Below, piece by piece: positions 10,934 through 22,227 of a stretch of DNA of 64,000 bases (position 1 is its first letter; every line of letters starts with the position of its first letter). Source of the stretch: an uncultured Candidatus Entotheonella sp. (GTDB taxonomy: Bacteria > Tectomicrobia > Entotheonellia > Entotheonellales > Entotheonellaceae). A model generated the notes under the pieces. The model was not told where the DNA came from. It searched no databases and was given only the letters and a program-made list of their open reading frames with translations. The position numbers were made by a program, and so were the translations under genes. The DNA is taken from NCBI GenBank assembly GCA_965215335.1, contig CBDCDA010000001.1:1472001-1536000 (forward strand). Direction: 5' to 3'.

Positions 10934-11207
10934 GGCCGTGCACCCAGTCTCGACCTATCGGGGCGAAACGCCGCTGCCCACAGCGAGCTCGGATCAGGCA
11001 CTCCTGCGGCCCCCGAGGAGAGTTGCTTACGGCTGCTTCCTTCCGGACCTGACCGGGTTCACAACGCCTCGTGGCACAGGACCCAACCTTCAAGGCTGTT
11101 TATGGGAGAGACTTCTCGTCCGATGGGGGCCTCAACATGAGGAATTCCGTCCCGCTATAGCGGATTGCGGGTTACAGGGCACCGCTACCTCCCCACCTAG
11201 CACGACC
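10934..11207 (-). ncRNA. ffs: Large (Alu-containing) bacterial SRP RNA
   Basis: 5' GGTCGTGCTAGGTGGGGAGGTAGCGGTGCCCTGTAACCCGCAATCCGCT resembles Bacillus scRNA; helix 8 TCAGGTCCGGAAGGAAGCAGC; ends are complementary; upstream of dnaX. Confidence 0.92.
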
Positions 11208-11248
11208 TTTCTTGCGCTTCTGCTGCTTCCGGCCCTTCACGCTGTGAA

Positions 11249-11336
11249 CGGAGAGGGTGGGATTCGAACCCACGGGGCACTTTTGGCGCCCACGCGCTCT
11301 CCAGGCGCGCCGATTCGACCGCTCTCGCACCTCTCC
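11249..11336 (-). tRNA. tRNA-Ser(GGA)
   Basis: GGAGAGG acceptor, anticodon loop CTGGAGA, long variable arm, GTTCGAATC; CCA not encoded. Confidence 0.93.
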
Positions 11337-11357
11337 TCTTCACGGGCGATAAAAAAA

Positions 11358-11442
11358 CGGAGAGAGAGGGATTTGAACCCCCGGTACCCGTAGGTACAGT
11401 TGATTTCGAATCAACCGCCTTCAACCGCTCGGCCATCTCTCC
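11358..11442 (-). tRNA. tRNA-Ser(CGA)
   Basis: GGAGAGA acceptor, anticodon loop TTCGAAA, long variable arm, GTTCAAATC. Confidence 0.93.
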
Positions 11443-11719
11443 TTATCAATCCAATTTTCTTTTCTAGTTGTTCTATAGTTAGGAACCTGTATTTTTCAAA
11501 TACCTCTCGATTTTTCCGTGATGCATTGGCAAGTTCTTCCCCTGAGTCAAGGAATTTGTTATTTTGAACTTTCATTCTGATACTTCCTTCAGATATATCC
11601 GCAGTAACAAAGTCCTGATCCATTGATAACTCTTTACAAAGTCTTGTTTCCTCTTCACCGGCCTTAATCCGTTTATAAATAGTCAACACTTTTAATTCAT
11701 GAATACATTTCCATTTCAT
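11411..11719 (-). CDS. AT-rich hypothetical protein (102 aa), possibly a stand-alone N-terminal domain of an HNH/restriction-type protein
   Basis: [10 protein letters not shown]...; ATGA overlap with the tadA stop; markedly AT-rich; reads 32 nt into tRNA-Ser(CGA). Confidence 0.55.
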   Translation of the reverse strand: MKWKCIHELKVLTIYKRIKAGEEETRLCKELSMDQDFVTADISEGSIRMKVQNNKFLDSGEELANASRKNREVFEKYRFLTIEQLEKKIGLIRRDGRAVEGG

Positions 11720-12204
11720 TTGCCGTCCCGTCTCGTGCTCTGCGAACGCTGCTGACGCAGGTTCCGGAAGAACGCGCTGAGCAGGGCGCTGCATTCCGCC
11801 TCGCAGACACCCCTGACGACCGGAAACGTGTGATTGAGCCGCTGGCTGCCCAAAATGTCGAATTGCGAGCCGCAAGCGCCAGCCTTCGGATCGTGGCAGC
11901 CAAACACCAGCCCCTCGATCCGGCTCAGAACCGCGGCGCCGAGGCACATGATACAGGGTTCGAGGGTGACGTACAAGACAGCCGCAGTGAGGTACCAAGT
12001 ACCCATGGTTTGGGCCGCCTGGCGCAGCGCCAGCACCTCCGCGTGGGCCGTCGGATCGCCCAGCGCCTGCCGCTGGTTGCAGCCCCGGCCGACGATCTCG
12101 TCTCCCACGACGACAACCGCCCCGACCGGCACGTCCGCGGCGTGCATCGCCTGACGCGCCTCGCGCAACGCCGCTTGGATGAAGTATTGGCAATCGGCCT
12201 GCAC
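11716..12204 (-). CDS. tadA: tRNA adenosine(34) deaminase
   Basis: VPVGAV, DPTAHAE, TLEPCIMC, DPKAGA; GTG 12204 preferred because the longer start lies inside a terminator. Confidence 0.93.
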   Translation of the reverse strand: MQADCQYFIQAALREARQAMHAADVPVGAVVVVGDEIVGRGCNQRQALGDPTAHAEVLALRQAAQTMGTWYLTAAVLYVTLEPCIMCLGAAVLSRIEGLVFGCHDPKAGACGSQFDILGSQRLNHTFPVVRGVCEAECSALLSAFFRNLRQQRSQSTRRDGK

Positions 12205-12231
12205 GGCGGCGGGACTTCCTGGTGTTCGGGG

Positions 12232-12267
12232 AAAAAACAAGGGCACCCTTTTTCAGGAGGTGCCCTT
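12232..12267 (-). terminator. Rho-independent terminator after tRNA-Arg
   Basis: Stem AAGGGCACC/GGTGCCCTT followed by GTTTTTT on the minus strand. Confidence 0.7.
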
Positions 12268-12279
12268 CGCGAAAGGAAA

Positions 12280-12353
12280 CGCGCCGAGGAGGAGTTGAAC
12301 CCCCAGCCTCCAGATCCGTAGTCTGGCGCTCTATCCAGTTGAGCTATCGGCGC
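12280..12353 (-). tRNA. tRNA-Arg(ACG)
   Basis: GCGCCGA acceptor, TAGCTCAACTGGATAGAGC D arm, anticodon loop CTACGGA. Confidence 0.93.
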
Positions 12354-12368
12354 TCGGGAGTCATGTGA

Positions 12369-12458
12369 CGGAGAGGGAGGGATTCGAACCCTCGTAGCAC
12401 GTTTTAGGCGCTAAATCGCTTAGCAGGCGATCACCTTCAGCCGCTCGGTCACCTCTCC
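12369..12458 (-). tRNA. tRNA-Ser(GCT)
   Basis: Anticodon loop CTGCTAA, long variable arm, GTTCGAATC. Confidence 0.93.
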
Positions 12459-12498
12459 TGGGGTATGAACCGGTGCGTGCAAACCGTGAGCAGAGCCA

Positions 12499-12582
<84 letters not shown>

Positions 12583-12669
12583 CGCGTCCAGGAACAGCAC
12601 GCCTTGGTATTCGTTCAGAGCCGGAAAGAATAGCACGACATCCAGGAAGCCTTCAAGACATTCCTTTCG

Positions 12670-15249
12670 CTAGGCCGATGCACCGTTGGAACTCCCCGGA
12701 AGCAGCGGGCCGCACTCGTCCGCATCGTCCGTCTCATCAATATCGCTCTCCCCGTCTTCTTCAATGCGCACCGCACCGACGAGACGCTGGTCGGGACCCA
12801 GATTGATGAGCCGTACGCCCTGCGTATTGCGACCGATACGGCGGATATCGCCAACGGACAGGCGAACCAGGTTGCCCTGGTCGCTCATGATCATGACGTC
12901 GTCCTCGTCGAAAACCTGCAAGATGCCCATGACCGGCCCGGTTTTGGCCGTGACACGCAGGTTGATGAGCCCCCTGCCGCCGCGGCTTTGGGGGCGGTAT
13001 TCGGACTCGTTGGTGCGCTTGCCGTAGCCGCTTTCGGAGACGGTCAGAAGCGTGGCAGCGGGGCTGAGGACTTCCATGCCGACTACCTCGTCACCCTTGG
13101 CGAGCCGGATGCCCTTGACCCCGCGAGCGGTGCGCCCGATGGCCCGCACGTCCGCTTCGCTGAAGCGAATGGCCAGGCCCTCGCGGGTGCCGAGCAGGAT
13201 ATCCTGGTCGCCCTGAGTGACGGCGACGCGAATGAGTTCGTCGCCGTCGTCGAGGTTCAGGGCGATGATGCCGGCTTGTCTGGGGTTGCCGTACGCCTTG
13301 AGGGAGGTCTTTTTCACGACCCCGAACTTGGTGGCCATGATCAGATAACGGTCGACCTCGAAGCGTCGGATCGGCACCACTGTGGAAATACGCTCGTCGG
13401 GCTGGAGTTGCAACAGGTTGACCACCGCCTTGCCCCTGGCGGTGCGGCTGACCAGTGGCAACTGGTAGACCTTGAGCCAGTGGACCTTGCCGATGTTGGT
13501 GAAGAACAACAGGTAGTCGTGCGTCGAGGCGATGAAGAGCTGCTCGACGAAGTCCTCCTCGCGTGTCTGCATGGCCATTTTGCCCTTGCCGCCGCGGCGC
13601 TGGCTCTGGTAGAGGCTGACGGGCTGGCGCTTGATGTAGCCGGTATGGCTCTTCGTCACCACCATGTCTTCTTCAACGATGAGGTCCTCGATGTGGATCT
13701 CTTCCTCGGCGTCGACGATCTCGGTACGCCGTGCGTCGCCGTACTGCTCCTTGAGAGCGAGCAGGTCAGCCTTGATGATGCCTTGCAGGCGGGCGTCACT
13801 GGCCAGGATGTCCTCGTAGTCCCGGATGGTTTCGCGCAGCTCGGTGTGTTCGGTGAGAATCTTGTCGCGCTCCAGCCCGGTCAGGCGCTGCAAGCGCAAA
13901 TCCAGAATGGCTTGTGCCTGAACGGCTGAGAGCGTCGGGCGTGCTGCGTTAACCTCAGCCTCTGGAAGCATTCCACTGAATGCTTCACCTTGGGCTTCAA
14001 GAAGGCCGAACCTGCCATCCATGAGCCCCTGGCGCGCCTCGTCCGGCGAAGCGGCGTTGCGGATGAGCGCGATGACGGCGTCGAGATGATCGAGGGCGAT
14101 CAGGAGGCCGACCAGCACGTGCTCGCGTTCGCGGGCACGCTCCAGGTCGTGCTGCGTGCGGCGCACGATGACCTCGCGGCGATGCTCCAGGAAATAGATC
14201 AGCATTTCCTTCAGGGTCAGAATGCGCGGCTGATTGTCGACCAGCGCCAGCATGATGATGCCGAAGGTCGATTGCAATTGCGTGTTGGCGTAGAGCTGAT
14301 TCAGCACCACCTGAGAAACCGCGTCGCGCTTGAGATCGATGACGATACGCATGCCGTGGCGGTCGGACTCGTCGCGCAGGTCGGCAATTCCCTCGATCTT
14401 CTTGGCCCGCACCATCTCGGCGATACGCTCAAGGAGCCTGGTTTTATTCAACTGGTAGGGAATCTCACGGACGATGATGCTTTCGCGTTCATTGCGGTCC
14501 GACACCTCGACATCACAGCGGGCGCGGAGTTGCAGAAAGCCACGACCGGTGTGGTAGGCCTCCAGGATGCCTTGCCGGCCGTGGATGAAGCCCGCGGTCG
14601 GAAAATCCGGCCCCGGAAGACATGCCATCAACTCGGGCAGTGTGCAGTCCGGGTGCTCCAGGACGAGGACCAAGGCATCGATGACCTCGGCAAGGTTGTG
14701 CGGCGGGATGTTCGTCGCCATACCGACGGCGATGCCAGCCGAACCGTTGACCAGCAGGTTAGGAATGGCCGCTGGCAGAACGGTGGGCTCCTGCCGCGTC
14801 TCGTCGTAGTTGGGGACGTAATCGACGGTGTTCTTGTTGATGTCGCGCAGCATTTCCTCGCCGAGACGGGTCATGCGCGCTTCGGTGTAACGCATGGCGG
14901 CGGGCGGGTCGCCGTCCACCGAACCAAAGTTCCCCTGCCCGTCAATCAGCGTGTAACGCAGCGAGAAATCCTGCGCCATGCGCACCAGCGAGGGGTACAC
15001 GGCGCCCTCGCCGTGCGGGTGGTAATTGCCGCTGACGTCGCCGGCGATTTTGGCGCACTTGCGGTGCGCGCGGCTAGCCGTCAGGTTCAGGTCGCGCATG
15101 GTGGTGAGAATGCGCCGGTGCACCGGCTTGAGGCCATCCCGCACGTCGGGCAGTGCCCGACTGATGATGACCGACATCGCGTAGTCCATGAAGGACGTGC
15201 GCAGTTCATCGGTAATACTGATCGGCGTAGAGCTTTCTTGAATGGCCAT
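12670..15249 (-). CDS. gyrA: DNA gyrase subunit A
   Basis: [23 protein letters not shown] catalytic Tyr, GyrA box QRRGGKG, C-terminal pinwheel repeats. Confidence 0.98.
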   Translation of the reverse strand: MAIQESSTPISITDELRTSFMDYAMSVIISRALPDVRDGLKPVHRRILTTMRDLNLTASRAHRKCAKIAGDVSGNYHPHGEGAVYPSLVRMAQDFSLRYTLIDGQGNFGSVDGDPPAAMRYTEARMTRLGEEMLRDINKNTVDYVPNYDETRQEPTVLPAAIPNLLVNGSAGIAVGMATNIPPHNLAEVIDALVLVLEHPDCTLPELMACLPGPDFPTAGFIHGRQGILEAYHTGRGFLQLRARCDVEVSDRNERESIIVREIPYQLNKTRLLERIAEMVRAKKIEGIADLRDESDRHGMRIVIDLKRDAVSQVVLNQLYANTQLQSTFGIIMLALVDNQPRILTLKEMLIYFLEHRREVIVRRTQHDLERAREREHVLVGLLIALDHLDAVIALIRNAASPDEARQGLMDGRFGLLEAQGEAFSGMLPEAEVNAARPTLSAVQAQAILDLRLQRLTGLERDKILTEHTELRETIRDYEDILASDARLQGIIKADLLALKEQYGDARRTEIVDAEEEIHIEDLIVEEDMVVTKSHTGYIKRQPVSLYQSQRRGGKGKMAMQTREEDFVEQLFIASTHDYLLFFTNIGKVHWLKVYQLPLVSRTARGKAVVNLLQLQPDERISTVVPIRRFEVDRYLIMATKFGVVKKTSLKAYGNPRQAGIIALNLDDGDELIRVAVTQGDQDILLGTREGLAIRFSEADVRAIGRTARGVKGIRLAKGDEVVGMEVLSPAATLLTVSESGYGKRTNESEYRPQSRGGRGLINLRVTAKTGPVMGILQVFDEDDVMIMSDQGNLVRLSVGDIRRIGRNTQGVRLINLGPDQRLVGAVRIEEDGESDIDETDDADECGPLLPGSSNGASA

Positions 15250-15262
15250 TCGTCATTCCTGC

Positions 15263-17707
<2,445 letters not shown>

Positions 17708-18889
17708 CTAGTGGGTACGGGAGGCAGCGTGTGACGTGTCGTTCCGGAAGGTCGTCCGGCCAGCGAGTCGTTGCACCTGGTAGTGAGCCAGCGAGTCGAG
17801 ATCATCGAACTGCTCCCGCTCCTCGGTAGCGGTGATGAAGATTTGAAAGGCATGGGTTTTCAGAAACGTGAAAATGATCCCACGGTTACGTCTATCGAGC
17901 TCGGAGACGATGTCGTCGAGCAAGATGACGGGCCGATGGCCACGCTGACGATGAATACCCAAAGCCAGGGCAACTACCAACAGGAAGACGATGAGTCGTT
18001 GTTGGCCCTGTGAGGCATAACCGCGCGACTCCCTGCCGCGAAAGGTGATCGCAATGTCGTCGCGTTGTGGGCCGAAAAGGGTCTGCCCCATGGCCACCTC
18101 GGCATGTTGCAGGCGCCGAGCTTCGGCCAGGAAGTGATCGCGCAAGGGCGCGTCGGTGCCGTTGGTTGGCAGAAGCCGTTCAGATTGCCGTGCCGAGCAC
18201 CTGGCCAAAATGGCCGGACGGTAATCGAGTGACAACATGCCGATGTCCGATCCCAGATCTTGCAGAAGTTCAGCCGACAGGATGCCGTTCAATAATTCGG
18301 TGTGCCGCCAACGCGCGCGCATCAACTGGATAGCGGCTGTGATAAACCGTTCGGTCCAGGCGGTCAGAGTGCCCGTATCGGCTGGTGAACGTAGCAACGA
18401 GTTACGCTGCTTCAAAACATGCTGGAAATCTTGACTGACTCGTCCGAAGCCGGGGTGCAAGCTGACAATACCCCGATCGACAAGATAACGCCTTTCCGCC
18501 GGACCGCCCCGGATAACCTGCAACGTACCCGGATGAAAGGCAACAGCGGTGAAACGGCTGGTAAATTCCCTCGTATCCCTGGTTTCCTTGCCATTGAGCC
18601 ACAGGCGCCGCGTGCCCGTCGACAGCTGAACGGCCAACTCGCTCTGACGCCCAACGTGCCGGTCAGCAACCGTTGCTTTGATGATGCCTCGTGCGGCATC
18701 CCAGTTTCGCAGTTCTTCTCGATTGCTCGTGCGAAATGAGGATAAGTTGGCCAGGAAGAAGATGGATTCCAGCAGGTTTGTTTTGCCGCTGCCATTGAGC
18801 CCGGTGATGCAGGCACCCGCGGCGGGGAATACCAGGTCGATGTCATGGTAACTTCGGAAGTGACGAAGTGCCAGTTTCTCAAGCAGCAT
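17708..18889 (-). CDS. recF: DNA replication/repair protein RecF
   Basis: GLNGSGKTN, GPQRDD, ASQGQQR, LLDDIVSELD. Confidence 0.95.
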   Translation of the reverse strand: MLLEKLALRHFRSYHDIDLVFPAAGACITGLNGSGKTNLLESIFFLANLSSFRTSNREELRNWDAARGIIKATVADRHVGRQSELAVQLSTGTRRLWLNGKETRDTREFTSRFTAVAFHPGTLQVIRGGPAERRYLVDRGIVSLHPGFGRVSQDFQHVLKQRNSLLRSPADTGTLTAWTERFITAAIQLMRARWRHTELLNGILSAELLQDLGSDIGMLSLDYRPAILARCSARQSERLLPTNGTDAPLRDHFLAEARRLQHAEVAMGQTLFGPQRDDIAITFRGRESRGYASQGQQRLIVFLLVVALALGIHRQRGHRPVILLDDIVSELDRRNRGIIFTFLKTHAFQIFITATEEREQFDDLDSLAHYQVQRLAGRTTFRNDTSHAASRTH

Positions 18890-18927
18890 TATGTTTCCTA
18901 CACTTGTGCACTTGTGAACAAGGTCGA

Positions 18928-20028
18928 TCAGACCCGCATTGGCATGATGACGTAGAAAAACGCGTCACTCCCGGAGGGCCGGAGAATGACCGGATTCACC
19001 GCGTCGGTAAGCTCCAGGCATATGTCGCTCTCAGTGGTGACGGCTAGCGCTTCCAGCAAATAGCGGGCGTTAAACCCAATCGTCAGATTGTCACCCTGAT
19101 AATCGGTCGGAATCTGATCGGTCGCCTCGCCCATTTCTGGCGTGTTGGAACACAAGGTGAGATGTTGCAGGTTGAAGTCGATGCGTACTGGTCGAGTCTT
19201 TTCGTTCGACAGAAGGGATACCCGTCGTAGGGCTCGTAGCAGACCCTCGTGGGAAACGGTTGCGGTAGCCTTGTGCTCTTTCGGGATGACGCCCTGGTAA
19301 TCCGGGAACTGGCCTTCAATGAGGCGAGTTACCAGTGTGGCGCGGTCTTTGCGGAAGATCAGGTGATTGGGCAGGGCCGCGATTTCCATCTTCTCGGACT
19401 CGCCATCGGTTGCAAAGCGGCTGACTTCCTCAAGCGCCTTGCGGGGAACAATAACCCGTAAGGTCTTGTCCAGAGTCAACGGTTGCTTGATGTGGGCCAG
19501 CCGATGGCCATCGGTGGCCACCATGGTCACCTGGCCGCTTTCGCAGGTCATCAATACACCACTGAGGGTATAGCGTGTCTCGTCATGCGAAGTCGCGAAA
19601 ACCGTATGGCGGATCATGTCTTCGAAGACATTACTATCGACCTCGGTGAACTCGGCTTCGTCGATTGGGGGCAGGGCAGGATATTCCTCCGCCGGTAGGC
19701 AAGGAACCTTGAATCTGGACGAACCCGACGTCAGGTATGCCCAACCTTCGCTGTCAAGGGTCAAGTTGACCAGCACACCGGCTGGCAGTTCGCGCAGGAT
19801 ATCGTATGTCTTGCGGGCCGGGAGGGTTGTGGTGCCAGGCTGGTTCACCGTTGTATCCAGGTAACCCTTGTAGCCCAGTTCGAGGTCGGTGGCATGGATC
19901 ACGGTTTCGTTGCCGTCCGCGGTCAGCAGGAAGTGGGACAGGATAGGCAGGGTATTCTTGCGCTCGACAATGCCCTGTATCTTCTGCAAACCCTTCAGGA
20001 AAATATCCTGGCTGATGGTGAGGTTCAT
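18928..20028 (-). CDS. dnaN: DNA polymerase III beta sliding clamp
   Basis: ATDLE, VATDGHRL, GQFPDY, GFNARY, C-terminal IMPMRV. Confidence 0.97.
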   Translation of the reverse strand: MNLTISQDIFLKGLQKIQGIVERKNTLPILSHFLLTADGNETVIHATDLELGYKGYLDTTVNQPGTTTLPARKTYDILRELPAGVLVNLTLDSEGWAYLTSGSSRFKVPCLPAEEYPALPPIDEAEFTEVDSNVFEDMIRHTVFATSHDETRYTLSGVLMTCESGQVTMVATDGHRLAHIKQPLTLDKTLRVIVPRKALEEVSRFATDGESEKMEIAALPNHLIFRKDRATLVTRLIEGQFPDYQGVIPKEHKATATVSHEGLLRALRRVSLLSNEKTRPVRIDFNLQHLTLCSNTPEMGEATDQIPTDYQGDNLTIGFNARYLLEALAVTTESDICLELTDAVNPVILRPSGSDAFFYVIMPMRV

Positions 20029-20044
20029 GATTTGCCTTTCTCCT

Positions 20045-20220
20045 GTCTCTTAAAATTAAACACTAGTAAACTTAAGTCCGGTGCATATGTTGAGAAATGT
20101 TCCAACCCTTTCTGGGCACGACGCTTTCCTTGTGAGCAAGTTTTCCCCTGTGGACAAGAATTTATTCACACACCTGGTCTGCCGGCCCTTGTGGAAAACT
20201 GATAGCCGCAATTTCCACAC
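20045..20220. other. oriC: Probable replication origin oriC (DnaA-box cluster plus AT-rich unwinding element)
   Basis: Box-like 9-mers at 20088-96, 20131-39, 20149-57, 20162-70, 20190-98, 20211-19; AT-rich tract 20050-20075 next to dnaN. Confidence 0.75.
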
Positions 20221-21220
20221 CCGTCTCTGCAAGTGTCTTGCGCAGTACCCCGACAGTCCGCGCAAGGCCAGCATCGTCGTCTATCAGGCGGCCGATCTTC
20301 CTATAGGCGTTCTGGACCGTAGCTGTGCTGCGGCCGCCAAACAACCGTCCGATTTCCGACAACGGCACATCGGTCAGTTCCTGACACAGATACATGGCAA
20401 TCTGCCGCGGTATGAGAACGGCGTGGTCACGCTGCCTGGTCCTGATATTCGTCACCTTTACGCCAAAGTGGCCGGCGACGGTTTGCTGGATGACCGTAAC
20501 CCGCTGCTGACTCGTCGTGTGCGGCTGTCGCAGCATGTCGCTGATGAGTTCATCATCGATGGCACGGTCGCGCAGCGAGGCATACACCGCCATGCGGGCC
20601 AGGCTGTTCTCCAGTTCCCGAACGTTCATCCGGGAATCGGAGGCGATGAAACTCGCTGCGCCATTGGACAATGAGATACGATAGGCAGCGGCTTTCTGTC
20701 GGAGGATAGCGAGCCGTGTTTCCCGTTCCGGGGGCTGGATGTCGACGATGACTCCGCAGCTGAGACGGGACCGTAGCCGTAGGTCGAGGGGTGTGATGTC
20801 TTGCGGCGTTGTCGTGCTCGTCATGACGACCTGCTTGCCAGCGTTCAGCAGCTCGTCGAGGGTATGCAGCATCGTTTGCTGCGTGTAGTTCTTGCCGGCG
20901 ATGTCCTGGATGTCGTCTACAAGCAGGGTGTCCGTCTTCAGATACTGATTGCGAAGTGTCTCGATATAACCATTTTGCAGGGCGTTGTGCAGTTTATGGC
21001 TGAGGTTGTCTGGTGTCAGATAGGTGGTCTGCCAAGCGGGTTTACTCTCGCTGATGTGATGGCCAATGGCGTGCAGCAAATGGGTCTTGCCCAAGCCGTC
21101 TCCCGCCCGAATGAGCAGCAGATTGTAGATGGCGGCGGGGTTGTTGGCCACGGTCACGGCAGTTTGGTATGCGAGTTGGTTCGATGGTCCGACTATGAAG
21201 TTGACGAATGTGTGATTCAT
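20162..21220 (-). CDS. dnaA: Atypical DnaA (AAA+ domain III and divergent domain IV only, 352 aa)
   Basis: TFVNFIVGPSN, GLGKTHL, VDDIQ, RLRSR, NVRELE, PRQIAMYL; located between rpmH and dnaN; in-frame TGA four codons before the ATG. Confidence 0.85.
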   Translation of the reverse strand: MNHTFVNFIVGPSNQLAYQTAVTVANNPAAIYNLLLIRAGDGLGKTHLLHAIGHHISESKPAWQTTYLTPDNLSHKLHNALQNGYIETLRNQYLKTDTLLVDDIQDIAGKNYTQQTMLHTLDELLNAGKQVVMTSTTTPQDITPLDLRLRSRLSCGVIVDIQPPERETRLAILRQKAAAYRISLSNGAASFIASDSRMNVRELENSLARMAVYASLRDRAIDDELISDMLRQPHTTSQQRVTVIQQTVAGHFGVKVTNIRTRQRDHAVLIPRQIAMYLCQELTDVPLSEIGRLFGGRSTATVQNAYRKIGRLIDDDAGLARTVGVLRKTLAETGVEIAAISFPQGPADQVCE

Positions 21221-21371
21221 GAGGGCGCCTCAAGGACTTGGGGGTCATGCTTGGCGTCCAATGGAAAGGGAAGAAGGTATCAGAACGGTAGAAATCCACA
21301 CTTTGCACAGGCCGAATACTAGCAAATTTGTCGTTCTGCGACAAAGTCTTATTGCATCTTCTCGGCGTTTC

Positions 21372-21401
21372 TTGACAGTCACTCGGCGTAGGTGATACCC
21401 T
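21372..21401 (+). promoter_or_regulatory. Sigma70-type promoter for the rpmH operon
   Basis: TTGACA-18 nt-TACCCT with extended TG. Confidence 0.5.
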
Positions 21402-21456
21402 CTGCCTTCTCAAACCACACGTTTTCATCTTCATAACAGGCTGTTCCAACAAACCC

Positions 21457-21609
21457 ATGAAACGGACCTATCAACCGAAGAGGGTGAAGAGGTTGCGAAA
21501 GCACGGCTTCCGCGCCCGGATGGCGACCAAGGACGGTCGCCGCGTGCTGAGGCGGCGACGCCTCAAGGGCCGATGGCGTCTGGTCGTCAAGGCGAGTCGC
21601 AACGATTGA
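21457..21609 (+). CDS. rpmH: 50S ribosomal protein L34 (missing from the ORF track)
   Basis: Manual translation [50 protein letters not shown]. Confidence 0.97.
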   Translation: MKRTYQPKRVKRLRKHGFRARMATKDGRRVLRRRRLKGRWRLVVKASRND

Positions 21610-21622
21610 TGGAAGATGGCGT

Positions 21623-21982
21623 ATGGGTGACCAGCGCCTGCAACCCGTAGAACGATTGCGGTGTCCGAGGGCCTATCGGCGGGTTTTCCAGCAGGGGAAG
21701 AAGCTGTTAAGTCCTCTCTTTGTCCTCTACATCCTGCCTACCTCGCAACCCCACTCGCGCTTGGGCTTGGCCGTGCCAAAACGCATTGGCGGGGCAGTGG
21801 TGCGTAATCGGGTCAAACGCCAGTTGCGTGAGGTGTTTCGCCGCCACAAGGACCTGTTGAACCCGAGCTGTGATGTCGTTGTCGTAGCCCGCAGTGCAGC
21901 GATCAATGCGTCGGCCAGCGTCTACAGGGAACAGTTTTGCGGGCTGTTACGCGACTGCCAGCGCAGGAAGCAAGAATCCTGA
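21623..21982 (+). CDS. rnpA: Ribonuclease P protein
   Basis: RLGLAVPKRIGGAVVRNRVKRQLRE (RNR motif). Confidence 0.95.
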   Translation: MGDQRLQPVERLRCPRAYRRVFQQGKKLLSPLFVLYILPTSQPHSRLGLAVPKRIGGAVVRNRVKRQLREVFRRHKDLLNPSCDVVVVARSAAINASASVYREQFCGLLRDCQRRKQES

Positions 21983-21989
21983 GTTCTTC

Positions 21990-22226
21990 ATGACCAAACT
22001 ATTGATCGTTCTCATCCGGGTATACCAGAAGGCCCTGTCGCCTCTCTTTCCTTCGCCTTGTCGTTTCTATCCCAGTTGCTCTGAATACGTCGTCCAAGCG
22101 CTGCGCGCGTATGGGCTATGGCATGGCCTGTTGAAAGGCGCTTGGCGTGTCCTGCGCTGTCAGCCCCTGTCGCGCGGCGGTGTTGATCTTCCCATCCCCG
22201 GTGGGAATCGTGTCATAGGACATTAG
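21990..22226 (+). CDS. yidD: Membrane protein insertion efficiency factor
   Basis: YQKALSP, CRFYPSCSEY, RVLRCQP..GGVD. Confidence 0.93.
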   Translation: MTKLLIVLIRVYQKALSPLFPSPCRFYPSCSEYVVQALRAYGLWHGLLKGAWRVLRCQPLSRGGVDLPIPGGNRVIGH

Positions 22227-22227
22227 C

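Noticed and set aside
10893..11093. N-terminal extension of the dnaX ORF
   Set aside because: It overlaps the SRP RNA; homology starts at ATG 10892
18893..18922. CACTTGTG direct repeat as a parS site
   Set aside because: Does not match the TGTTTCACGTGAAACA palindrome; too short to support
21042..21458. 138-aa ORF as a frameshifted DnaA N-terminus
   Set aside because: No resemblance to domain I, and it spans the rpmH promoter
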